DNA of 63,929 nucleotides, the filler included, from Octopus bimaculoides (taxonomy: Eukaryota): assembly GCF_001194135.2 (NCBI RefSeq). It is 7 parts of 6 records of this genome, joined end to end, with 100 filler letters (N's around TTAATTAATTAA, not from the genome) between each part and the next. Parts side by side here need not be neighbours in the genome. Positions count along the whole stretch, not along the records: positions 20,435 to 38,469 come from NC_068994.1; positions 38,570 to 44,704 come from NC_069001.1; positions 44,805 to 54,067 come from NC_068986.1; 4 more parts are not named here. The stretch is one strand, 5' to 3'. Made by a program: the position numbers and the translations under genes. Positions 37,019-49,200 of the stretch are shown piece after piece; position 1 is the stretch's first letter, and each line of letters opens with the position of its first letter. Under the pieces are notes generated by a model. It was not told where the DNA came from. It saw only the letters and a list, made by a program, of their open reading frames with translations, and made no database searches.

Positions 37019-37531
37019 ATCTTATAAAACACAAAACAAAAAAATAACAAAAGCAACCAATGGAAGTACAGATTGGTTAGGGATAGAAAAAGACAGGCTA
37101 GTCACAGCAGGAACACGTTTGATCCTAAGCCTCCTGGATTAGGGTCAACATGAGCTAAACAGCCACAAATTTTCAATATCTTTACATTGCATGGTTCCTT
37201 TAGACACACCCAGTTGCAGATCGCTGTTCTTCTATTAAATTATATTTCTTGAATGAATTCAATTCAATGCAGCCGTAATTCTTCCTTTATCCGTTTAAAA
37301 TATGCAGCTTGAAGAATTTTTAAAGCATATGATGTTGCTTTACTCTTCTTAACCATTCTTTTTACACGATATGTATTGTATAGCTCCTTTTATTTGTTGC
37401 TTATTGGAAAGTTTTCATATATTATCAATAACATTTTCACATTTAAAAATAGATTTATACAGAGTTCTTTATTGTAAAATTACTTGTTCCATATTTAAAT
37501 CTATTGTTACTATTATGATTAAAACCAGCTC

Positions 37532-37568
<37 letters not shown>

Positions 37569-37573
37569 CCTCT

Positions 37574-37610
<37 letters not shown>

Positions 37611-37620
37611 NNNNNNNNNN

Positions 37621-37661
<41 letters not shown>

Positions 37662-38233
37662 AAGTCTTCTTTCTATTGTTCTCTCTAATTATTCCTTACA
37701 ATGCTTATTCTGTCAGTTTCCTGACTGGACTTCTTTTATTATTGGATAAAAGGTTGATGAAATGGAGAGCTTTTTTCCATCTTGTGTTTTTGTCATTATT
37801 TTTTTCTTTTCTCCAATGTTTGTACTTAGGATTATTTTACAAAATAATACTTTAACACATTAGAAACAACCCCTTGTGAACATTTCTTTTTGTTTCAAAA
37901 GCTTAAATGAAGCAGGGTTTGATAGATTTTTGTGATCAGTTCAAGTAAGTTTGCTTTTCAAATCAATTATTTTTCTTTCTTCTTAATTTCTCTTCTGCTG
38001 CAACAACCATTAGAACATTCCAGTAATATTAATCCCACTTAAACATTTTTTTCTTCTTTTGTTTTTTATAAATAATATCCAAGGTTTGTAAATTCTGACT
38101 CATTTCAAAAATTCTAGAATGGTGCTTCAAAACCAATGTTCCACCTGTATCTGTTATCTACATTTTTGAATTTGTTGACTGCCTAGATAGGTTGCTTGGC
38201 TATATATATATATATATGTATGTATGTATATAT

Positions 38234-38395
38234 ACAAGCTTCTTTCAGTTTCTGTCTACCAAATTCTCTGACAAGACTTTAGTCAGCCTGATCCTATAAT
38301 AGAAGGCACTTGCCAAAGGTGTCACACAGTGGGACTGAACCCAGAACCATGTGGTTGGGAAGCAAACTTCTTACTACACAGCCATGCCTGCGCCT
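38234..38395 (-). mobile_element. SINE family A, 5' half
   Basis: Reverse-complement match to the family A head. Confidence 0.8.
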
Positions 38396-38569
38396 GTACA
38401 TACATACATACATACATATATATGTGTGTGTATGCATATGTATGTATGTGTATATATATATATATATATNNNNNNNNNNNNNNNNNNNNNNNNNNNNNNN
38501 NNNNNNNNNNNNNTTAATTAATTAANNNNNNNNNNNNNNNNNNNNNNNNNNNNNNNNNNNNNNNNNNNN

Positions 38570-41500
38570 TGAATTGAGACCCCATTGGATTAAAACCTAA
38601 GTTTAATGTTCATCTTTAGTAAAAATATTTAAGAATTTATATCCTAACTTTAATGCTAGATCTGAGGCCGGCATTGTTCTTTAGTGCTGAGAGAAGGAAT
38701 GGCAGGTGTCAGGGGGATTAAAGAAATTTCTGGTTAGCAAGGATTACTGAGGAATGTCAGAAGACTGAGGTCATGGGTAAAGGGATTAAAGGTTTGGGTG
38801 CGCCGGGGGAGTGAGAGTGGTCACAGTTGACTTAATGAGTCTAGGCCTGACTGCACTCACATCATGTACATTAATGCATTGTAACACAAGACGTTGAACT
38901 GTGCAGACCTAGTTGGTACACTTCGGATACAAGTTTTGTTTAAAAGTGTCTGTGACTATTTTGTGAAAGAAGATGGCCTCCTGAAATTGTAAGAAACGAA
39001 AATATGAAGATGAAAACAGAAATTTTAAGCCAGAGTGGGAGGAAGATTTTGCATTCGTCGTTTAAGGAGGTAAACCTTTGTGCCTTATCTGCCACTTGTC
39101 GCTTAGTCGTTACAAATCAGTAACTTAAAACGCCACTATGAAACAAATCACAAAAATGCTTTGTATGATTATCCAAATTCATCACTAAATAGCCAGCGGA
39201 CACTGTGACAACGTTCAGTAAGGAAGTTGATACAACGACTGAAGCCAGTTTTGTTATGTCATGGAATAATGCTCGTGCTAAACACCCATATTCTGATGGC
39301 GAATTTGTTAAGAATATAGTTGAAGTTATTGCAGTGTTAGATCCAGATAACACAAGAATTCAGTGACGAATAGTGCAAACACCAGTTTCACGCTTCACTA
39401 CAGAGGTGTATCTCTCAGATCAGTGCTGATGTTGCAGGCAAAATGCAGAATGATTTTTAAAAATTCTCTTACATTCAGCTTAGCTCTTGGTAAATCAACA
39501 GATATACAAGACAACCCACAACTGGAAGTATTTATTCGTTATGTTGCCTCTGATGTAATTTATCAACAAGTGCTTGCGTAGTATACTTAAAATCAGATGA
39601 CCCGAACACGTAAGCAATATGGAGCTATGGCAAAGAACGAATCAAGTTTCGATTAGGGAGCAAATATTTAAGAAAAAAATGGAAGTGGATTGGTAGCACA
39701 ATTAGAAAAGACACACCAAATGTAGCGAAAAGTGCTTTACAGTGGAATCCGGATGGATATAGAAAGAAAGGTAGGCCTAAGAACTCGTGGCGTAGATCAA
39801 CACAAAAGGAACTAGAGAAAGGGGGACATTCATGGCAGAGTATAAGTACAGAAGCGAAAAAATATGCGACATGGAATTCAATTATAAGTGGCCTATACCC
39901 CGCGTTGGATGGTTAAAGGCAAGAAAGAAAGAAAGATGTAATTGTGAAAGAAGAGATGTTGGTCTTAGTGGCATCAAAAGAAACAACCCATGGTGTTGAC
40001 ATTTAAAAAGCGCTTGACAGAACCTTAACAAATGCTTCTGTTCCACTGAATAAGCACGTCAGTGTTGCTGTTGCAAATGGAGCACCTGTAATGGTGGGAA
40101 AAAATATAGGCTTAATTGCACTTATGAAAACTGATCCCAGTTTTGCAGGTCCCAGTTTCACCGCGAACACCTGGCAGCCAAATACTTCAAGAATGAAGAT
40201 GTTATGAAATCTGTCCTTGAAATTATCAATTTCATTTGCTTAAATGGGAAGACTCACCGACAGTTCAAACATTTTATTGAAGAACTGGAACTTGAAGAGA
40301 AACCCAGTGATGTCTCTTAGTACTGCATTATGAGGTGGCTGTCAACCAGCAATGTCTTGAGTAGGTTTGTTAATCTGTTAGAGCCTAAGGTTACTTTTCT
40401 TCAAGAAAAGAAAAGATCCTATCCTCAACTGGAAAATGATGAATGGATGCAAGATCTGATGTTCGTTACTGATATAATGAATCATCTACAAATTCTTAAC
40501 TTGGCACTCCGGAGGAAGAAGATTGTTTCTGATCTTACTCAGACAATGTTCAGCTATCAGAATAAAACAAGAGTTTTCCAAAGAAACATATTGTCAAGAA
40601 ACTTCAGTCACTTTCCCAATTTCAGAAGGAGAGTAAATACATTCGCTGATATTGAAATAAAAGACCACAAACTGGAAGAATACAAAAATATATTACAAGA
40701 ACTGCTTGATAATTTCCTCGCCAGGTTTGATGAACAGCGAAAGCTGAAGTCCTGCTTCGCCTTTCTCGAACCTCTGGTTACGAAATCATCTGCTGTGGAA
40801 ATGGAATTAATGGAATTACAGGAGGATCTGGGTTTAAAGATGATCCATAAATACCAGTCTACAATGGAGTTCTGAAAACAAGTGCTAGAAATAAAATATC
40901 CTAAACTGAAGAAAACTAGCGTGCGACTCATCTCAATTTTCAGCACAATATACTGTTGTGAATCACTGTACTCTGTAATGAAGTTTGTGAAGTCGAAATC
41001 TTTACAGACCAACACCTGACGGAGCTAATTCATACAGCCTTGACAACATATCAGCCAGATTTTCAACAATTCACAACCAAGATGGAGACTCTTAAGAACT
41101 CTACTAGTAGTAAATAGCGGCCCGATATTTGTAGCATTGTCTGTTTGAGATAAAAATATAAGACTGTAATTTTGTAAGGTGGTATCTGATTAAAATATCT
41201 AAAATTTTATTGGTTTGCTTTGTTTTTGTTTTACATATTTTCCTACATGTTTTGACCAGATATTTACAAAGACAAATAAATATCATTTAGAATATAATTT
41301 TTTTCCTTTTTAGTGTTATTTTTGACAGTCTAATTTTATGTTACTGAAATGCAAATTCGCTCATTTTTCTTGGAGTTCATGACCGTATTAAATATGCCCA
41401 ATATTGTTAAAACAACAAGATTTTGAAAACATTTAGTATATATATGTGAATTTTGTGATTACTGAAACCAACACAAATTAACAGTTTAAAAGACATGAAT

Positions 41501-41642
41501 AAACATTATGGCATACATGTATTTCTTAATATTTATATAAAATCTTTGTAACAAAATGTGTATGTAAGAAAATGTGTAAATTTTCTACGTCTTGCAGCTC
41601 TCAAACATTCTTTATCTCATTAAGCAAGTATGGCCACCCCTG
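38570..41642 (+). mobile_element. hAT (Buster/Charlie, GTF2IRD2-like) transposon with a disrupted full-length transposase (~38973-41095)
   Basis: MAS*NCKKRKYEDENRNFKPEWEEDFAF..PLCLIC..NLKRHYETNH (BED finger), ALGKSTDIQDNPQLEVFIRY, MRWLS..NVLSRF, and the C-terminal FSTIYCCESLYSVMK dimerisation motif. The 3' TIR ..TGGCCACCCCTG ends at 41642; the 5' end probably lies in the gap at 38470-38569. Confidence 0.92.
39561..39934 (+). mobile_element. 5'-truncated RTE-type LINE inserted in the hAT transposase
   Basis: Peptide INKCLRSILKIR*PEHVSNMELWQRTNQ..KWKWIG..ALQWNPDGYRKKGRPKNSWRRS, an (AAAG)n tail, and the TSD GATGTAATT at 39552-39560 and 39935-39943. Confidence 0.9.
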
Positions 41643-41645
41643 ATA

Positions 41646-41696
<51 letters not shown>

Positions 41697-41940
41697 TTAT
41701 CTATCTATAATTATATTTACATTTACATTTCTAAATCTCTCTAAAGGAGACTACGGCAACGGTACTGGATATTAATAGTTATCGCCAAGCCAACATGACA
41801 GTCCAAAAAATAGGACGAATGCTGCCGTTGATTAGCTCCAAGAAGCCATCGCCTCTAGCTAGCTATGTGACACACAAACCTGTGTCCATTATAACCTTCG
41901 AACAGGGGAGGTCAGCAGCTTCCCCTTGCTGGTTTAATAT

Positions 41941-41981
41941 CCACAGACTAGTTTCGGGGTATTTGCCCCTTATCAATGTGG
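41941..41981 (-). ncRNA. Minimal type I hammerhead ribozyme motif (Penelope-like), core mutated
   Basis: Minus strand CCACA-TTGATAA-GGGG-CAAATA-CCCC-GAAAC-TA-GTC-TGTGG: perfect stem I and stem II, palindromic stem III (ACTAGT), GUC cleavage triplet. The core differs from CUGAUGA at two positions. Confidence 0.75.
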
Positions 41982-42475
41982 AGTAGCCGAACCCAGCAGG
42001 CATCGCTGCTGACCGTCTGAACCAATTACATTACAGTAGAAGTATTTCTTAACCATTATGCATAATCACACAACAAAACTCATATATTCGCTGTTCATTC
42101 ATTTTCTTTATTTATTATTTTTAATTTTTAAAATTTGTTTCATTATTTTTGTGAAATAGTTTCACCGCACTTACATGACCTGGTCAGATACAACGGAGCG
42201 AAGGCAAGAAGCAGGTCGCAGACATGTGACGAAAGTCTTTGACAATACGTAACATGTAAATGTGATAGAACAGAGCCAATGTTTTGTTTGTATATTCGTT
42301 ACAGATTCTAAACAGAAGCCCACAGGAAGTCGACGCGTCTTAAATTACGTATCATTGGCCGACTACAAAAACCATTACAATTTTCTTTTCTTCAACTCAA
42401 TGTTTATTTGCTATTGAAGTTTATTCAGCAATCTCCGTAAATGCTTCGCTTTGATTGTAGAAAACGTAAGTCATT

Positions 42476-42521
<46 letters not shown>

Positions 42522-42954
42522 CTCATCACTACATGCACACACGCACACACATATATACATATATACATGTGCGTATATACGTGTATATATAATAATAATA
42601 ATAATAATGAGAAGAAGAAGAAGAAGAAGAAGAAGAAGAAGAAGAAGAAGAAGAAGAAGNNNNNNNNNNNNNNNNNNNNNNNNNNNNNNNNNNNNNNNNN
42701 NNNNNNNNNNNNNNNNNNNNNNNNNNNNNNNNNNNNNNNNNNNNNNNNNNNNNNNNNNNNNNNNNNNNNNNNNNNNNNNNNNNNNNNNNNNNNNNNNNNN
42801 NNNNNNNNNNNNNNNNNNNNNNNNNNNNNNNNNNNNNNNNNNNNNNNNNNNNNNNNNNNNNNNNNNNNNNNNNNNNNNNNNNNNNNNNNNNNNNNNNNNN
42901 NNNNNAGGAGGAGGAGGAGGAGGAGGAGAAGAAGAAGAAGAAGAAGAAGAAATT

Positions 42955-44630
42955 AGCTTTAGCATGAAGAAATGGAAAGTAGATCTCTACTCAGGTGACA
43001 CTCTTAAGGAAGGTTAATATCAGGAAAGAAATTTTCCAAGGAGATTTATTGTCCCCTTCAATATTTGTCTGATGTTTGATCCCCTTCAGTTTAATATTAA
43101 AGAAGGCAAAGGCAGGATATCAGTATAGAAATAATAAGGAGAAAAATTAACCATTTGCTCTCCATGGATGATCTGAAGCTTTTTAGTAAGAATGAAAAAA
43201 AGATAGATTCCTTAATACAGACTGTAAGACTCTTCAGCAAAGATATAGGCATGGAATTTGGCATAGATAAATGTGCAATATTAGTCACGAGAAGGAGACA
43301 GGTAGTCAACAGTGAAGGCATCCAGTAACCAAATGGCCATATATTAAAATCATTAAAAGAAAGAGAGGGTTATAAGTATCTAAAAGTTTTAAATTCTGAC
43401 CGAGTACTAACTACAGAAATGAAAACGAAAATTGAGAAGCTAATGAAGTTGAAGCTAGATGGTCCGAATCTAGTGAAAGCTGTAAATATCAAGGTAGTAT
43501 TACTTAGATACCCAACATTTTGTAGATTGAAGAAAAACTGAATTAGCAACGCTAGACAGAAGAACCAGGAAGGAATTCTATATGAATGGCGGACTCCACC
43601 CATTGGCAGGAATAGCAAGATTATAGCTACCTAGAAAGGAAGGTGGAAGAGGGTTAATATCACTGGAAGACTGCGTGGAGTTAGCTAGAGTAGATATAGG
43701 TAGGTAATAGTGAAGAAAGTTTATTAAAAGCTGCTAGAGACACGGTAAAATCAAAACAATTAACGAACTTAAAAACCAGAAGAAAGAGAAATTATCTGAC
43801 TGACAGAAGGAGTTGCATGGTAGATTCCCAAAGATAGCTTCAGCAAATAATAGTAGTGATGGTTATGGTTGCAAGTAGTAGTAGTGATGGTTATGGTTGC
43901 AGAAGAGAAAGCTGAAGAGAGAGACAGAAAGTTTGTTAGTAGCTGCATAAGATCAAGCATTAAGGACTAACCTGATAAAAGCCAAGACAGACAAAAACTA
44001 AGTAGATTCCCAATGTATATTATGCAAATCAAAAGGGGAAATCGTTACTCATATAGTAAGTGAATGTAGCATACTGGCACAGAAAGTATACAAGAAAAGA
44101 CATGACAACCTAGGGAGAGTATCCACTGGGAGTTATGTAGAGAAAGGTAGGATTTGAACATACTGATAAATGATATGAACATGAACCTAGTATAGTACTA
44201 GAAAGTAAGAAATACAAGATGCTGTGAGACTTTAATACTGAGACTGACAGAGTAATAGAAGCTAGAAAGCCTGATCTAGTAGTAGTAGATAAAGAGAATA
44301 GAAAGCGTCAGATAATCGATTTTACAGTTCCAAATGAGAAAAAATTCAATACCAGAGGTATAGAAGAAATAGCAAAGTACCAGGACCTAGTCATTGAATT
44401 ACAGAGACTATGGAACGTGCGGGTAAAATGTATTCCAATAGTTATAGCTGCATTAGGAACTATCCCTAAAGATCTGAACAGATGGATGGAGGAAATAGGC
44501 ATAAAACCCAGTTTAGTACAGCTCCAGAAAACAGTGTTATTAGGGACAGCTAGGATACTTAGGAGGGTTCTTGGTATTTAAGGTTACATATTGTAGCCCG
44601 ATGTCAAGAATTTTTCTTTTCTAGCAGTGT
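42955..44630 (+). mobile_element. Non-LTR retrotransposon relic with restriction-like endonuclease (R4/Dong/NeSL group)
   Basis: RT motifs IFQGDLLSP and NHLLSMDDLKLF, CCHC knuckle CILC..HIVSEC followed by RHD, endonuclease RKPDLVVVDKE..IIDF, and C-terminus LQKTVLLGTARILRRVLGI* (stop at 44579-44581). Multiple stops and frameshifts. Confidence 0.9.
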
Positions 44631-46439
44631 AGAGGCTTTCATGACTTCTGATCTTAACTGATTGGAAGGGTTATCATGTACATTGTTTTGTCTTGATATA
44701 GAAANNNNNNNNNNNNNNNNNNNNNNNNNNNNNNNNNNNNNNNNNNNNTTAATTAATTAANNNNNNNNNNNNNNNNNNNNNNNNNNNNNNNNNNNNNNNN
44801 NNNNTATATATATATATATATATATATATTTATTTTTATATATATATAAATAATTATTTATATACATATATATATATATTTATTTATATATGTTGTAATC
44901 ATTCGCTTATTGTTACATGGAATATTTTCTAAAAGTGTCCTAAATCAAAGTGGATGTATGCAGTGACACAGAAAACCGTTGAATTATTTCTTTTCCATTT
45001 ATCTGGAAGTTCAAGAAACAATAGTGCATTTTCACTATACCGTCGGATATATGTCTCTCACACATCCTACATATACATACATATTTATATAATTGTGTGT
45101 GTGTGTTTGTCCATGTGTGTGTATGTCCGTGTGTGTGTGTGTGTGTTTCCGTGTGTATCCGTGTGTGTGTGTGTGTGTGNNNNNNNNNNTGTATTTGTGT
45201 GTGTATGTGTGCGTGTCCGTGTGTGTGTTTGTGCGTGTCTGTGTGTGTGAGTGTGGGTGTCTGTGTGTGTGTAAATATATATATATATGAATATAAATTT
45301 GGCAGCTCGCAAACACGCACATTGCATACAAACGTAAATCGCAACACACAAAAAATATATCTCACCAATACCGCTATAATCTTACAATCTACAGATAGAC
45401 GTCCGTTTTTATCTTGTGTGTATGTGTATGAGTTTCTCTTTATATGTGTATTTTTGTGTGTTGTCGTGAGTTTGTGGATGTGTCTGCTTGTGTTTGATTG
45501 TGTGTTTATGTGGGCCCGCGCGCATGTATGTGTGTGAAAAGTTGTTTATAAAAATTCATTAGCTTTTTTTGAAACAAAACAGCCAATAAAATGAACATAA
45601 ATCACTCGGTATAGAAAAACGTGAATGCAATCGAAGAGTATGATGAATAAAATTATCCTCATTCATATATGTGAATAATTACATTCATATGCAATTAAAT
45701 ATACACATATGTCTATCTATCACTCTGTCTTTGTATCTGTCTAGTACCTATCTGCTCATGTCTTTCTGTCTATCCCTCTGTCCAAATANNNNNNNNNNNN
45801 NNNNNNNNNNNNNNNNNNNNNNNNNNNNNNNNNNNNNNNNNNNNNNNNNNNNNNNTATACACATATATATGGATATATGTATGTATCTGTCTATCTATCT
45901 AACTTTATCTATTTATCAATACACACACATATATATCCCATCTCGCTCTCTGTATATCTTATCTATATATCTATATATAACAGTGTACGTATATATGTAT
46001 ATCTACATCTACATATGTATGATTGTGCGTTTTGTACGTGGAAGTGCGTGTGTGTATGATTGTAGGTGAATATATCTGTGTGTTGCTCAGGATGTTTTTC
46101 TACTTGCATGTCATTTCCGAGCTTCTTTTCTTCACCTTGAATCCGTTTTGATCGTTATCCTGAAACTCTTCCATATTATTCAGGTCATGCCCGTGAGCTG
46201 CGTCAAAGATACTCTTTGCAGTTACTTCTTTTTGTTTCTTATAAGTAGTTGGTTTGTTAAGAGGGCAACTGTATTGATAATTTGATGTACGTAATTATTA
46301 TACACTTTGTTATTGAATATTATAAAATTTGCCTTACAGCGAAACGCCTACGCTTGATCTGACGCAGATATGCATGCAGAAGCTCATGCTCCAATTCATA
46401 TGAATACGCATACTTAAATATAGGTACATGTGTAAGTGC

Positions 46440-46475
<36 letters not shown>

Positions 46476-47284
46476 NNNNNNNNNNNNNNNNNNNNNNNNN
46501 NNNNNNNNNNNNNNNNNNNNNNNNNNNNNNNNNNNNNNNNNNNNNNNNNNNNNNNNNNNNNNNNNNNNNNNNNNNNNNNNNNNNNNNNNNNNNNNNNNNN
46601 NNNNNNNNNNNNNNNNNNNNNNNNNNNNNNNNNNNNNNNNNNNNNNNNNNNNNNNNNNNNNNNNNNNNNNNNNNNNNNNNNNNNNNNNNNNNNNNNNNNN
46701 NNNNNNNNNNNNNNNNNNNNNNNNNNNNNNNNNNNNNNNNNNNNNNNNNNNNNNNNNNNNNNNNNNNNNNNNNNNNNNNNNNNNNNNNNNNNNNNNNNNN
46801 NNNNNNNNNNNNNNNNNNNNNNNNNNNNNNNNNNNNNNNNNNNNNNNNNNNNNNNNNNNNNNNNNNNNNNNNNNNNNNNNNNNNNNNNNNNNNNNNNNNN
46901 NNNNNNNNNNNNNNNNNNNNNNNNNNNNNNNNNNNNNNNNNNNNNNNNNNNNNNNNNNNNNNNNNNNNNNNNNNNNNNNNNNNNNNNNNNNNNNNNNNNN
47001 NNNNNNNNNNNNNNNNNNNNNNNNNNNNTATATATATATAATGTATGTTTATATATATTCCGGATGAATTTACAGCAAATGAATAATGAATAAGGGCTAA
47101 TGAATTAGGAAAAAAGGAATGATACACTTTATATATAAAGACTGTTAATTTATGTATCATATTTTACAAGCAGTTTGAAGACATAATTTTTAACGAATCT
47201 GAAACGGACATTTTGTCAGCTAGACGAACCCTATTTGAAGTTGTAGTCAATATTTCTATTATAATATATTCATACTCATACGTC

Positions 47285-47640
47285 TATATATGCTTGTATG
47301 TATATACGGACGTATGTGAGCATATTGTTGCAAGTAATGCTTCTGGCACCGTGCATGCGTACGTTGAAAACTGAGCCCGTCTGAGGGCATATTCGTATAT
47401 CTGCCCAACGATTGAAGGAATCCTCTCCTTCCAATATACAAAGAAAAACATATTCATACTTGCATATACGGATACACACAAATCTATATATGCGTGTTTG
47501 TATATATGCATATATGTGCGTGTAGTGTTGCAAAGAATGCTTCGATTTTGTGCATGACGTTGTTGAAATATGAGCCCGACTGCAGGCAGATTCGCACGCC
47601 TGCCTAGTGATTGAAGGAAGCATCTCCTTCCAATATACAA
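47285..47640. repeat. Diverged direct tandem duplication, period ~199 bp
   Basis: The blocks TTGCAA..AATGCTTC, TGAGCCCG, GATTGAAGGAA and TCTCCTTCCAATATACAA occur twice, with copies ending at 47441 and 47640. Confidence 0.8.
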
Positions 47641-48216
47641 CAGCAGCCATTAACTTAAATCATCTTGCTACTTTGAAATTTTAACACAAATATAATCCTC
47701 TAATCAAATATAGCGCGTTGAATCGGAACGTCTGTCCTCTGTTAATCAATTGAATAGAAGAAACTGATAATTCTATCCGCTATCCTCCTTTTGAGCATTT
47801 TCTCATTGAGAACAAAACTATTATTTCGTACATGTGTCACGTTATTTGACAAAAATCATCACCTTTACACCAAAATTCTGTGCATGCCATTTTATAAATA
47901 ATTTATGCAAGAAGCTATTACTTAGCTGTCTTTCAAAATTGAAAGCAAACTATCTTAATTGAAATTGTGATTCTTTCCGTTATGCACATTATGTTCCCCC
48001 TAGCCTCAATACCGTATGACGTGGATCATTCTATAATGTTCTACATGCTATTGCGTAATGTATTACCGTCTCCAAGGTCGTAAATATTGCTAGCTGACTG
48101 GTATTTTTCTTCTTGTCTGCGTATCGAAAATGAGACTGGCAGTTAACGTATTTATTTTTCAATTCACTTTCGCAATGACAAGTATAATTCTTCTTTTGCG
48201 TTTCATTGTTTTGCAG

Positions 48217-48442
48217 AACTGAGGTGATTTTCAGATCAATAAATCAGTGAGAAAGCCACGCATGCCAGTTCAAGTGAGCAAGTGTCAAGTAATCTGGAGT
48301 TACACTTTAGCGCAAATGCCGGGTGTGATCGTGTTTAAGGATGCTTTCGTGTTGAGGCAACAACTGCAAGAGACATTCACTGAATGTATTTTTTTTAAAA
48401 ATATTGTATCTATGGCTATACGGAAAATGCTTATCTATCAAG
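48217..48442 (+). other. Candidate alternative exon of the E93/LCORL-like gene
   Basis: Pyrimidine-rich acceptor TTTCATTGTTTTGCAG (ends 48216) and consensus donor CAAG|GTGAGT (48442/48443). An ATG-initiated frame from 48262 or 48412 reaches the donor in phase 1. No protein homology recognised. Confidence 0.4.
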
Positions 48443-48951
48443 GTGAGTAATTACCTGCCTATTGTTGTCTTAACATGCAACGAGAAAGAGCGGGGACAAA
48501 TCATATAGTCTTCCTATGTCTATTCTTAATCTTCGTAAGTTTTATGGTAGGGATGTAAATTAAAATGCCTAATACAGTGTCTGTCTGTCTCTACCTATGT
48601 ATGTATGTATGTATGCGTTTGCATACGCACACACGTAGTGTGTGAGTTTGTTTGTTAACATATATGTGTGTATGCTTTACGCACACGTATAAACGTATTG
48701 CGTACGTTTCTCACTGGCACATCTTTTGTTCTCTTCCATAGTGTATCAGTTATTTTCTACTATATTACCCTATGCTATATTGTACTAGGCTATGTTATAT
48801 TAGACATATTTTAACTTTATTCGTATCTCATTATCCAATAATAAATACAATAATAAGCCTAATATGGTAAGAATAGTTTACTGAAATCACAGTGTAACTC
48901 ACAATTCATAAGGCAAGTATTCACTTTTATGTATTGGTCAAGACATGTATA

Positions 48952-49200
48952 CAGTAATCCCTCGCCTTATCACGGTTCACCTATCGCAATCTCTGTGCAT
49001 CGCGGATTTTTCTGGCTAATATATATAAATCTATATCGCGCACTCCTCAGTATATCGCGAGTTTCTGCGGCCGATACGTATTTATATTCTTTAAGAATTT
49101 ATTTCTGTGTTAAATTAAGCATTTTCACGCCTAAGAATTAATAAATTAATAAATAAAAATAGAGTACAGTACTGTACTGTAAAACACATTAACTAAAATA
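48952..49200. mobile_element. pogo/Tigger-like transposon end
   Basis: TA|CAGTAATCCCTCGCCTTATCACGG resembles Tigger/pogo TIRs. No matching opposite end was found. Confidence 0.55.

Noticed and set aside
40608-41015. 135-aa minus-strand ORF, and similar antisense ORFs over TE relics (e.g. 43097-43618, 59645-59926)
   Set aside because: These are antisense shadows of the hAT, LINE and maT coding sequences on the opposite strand.
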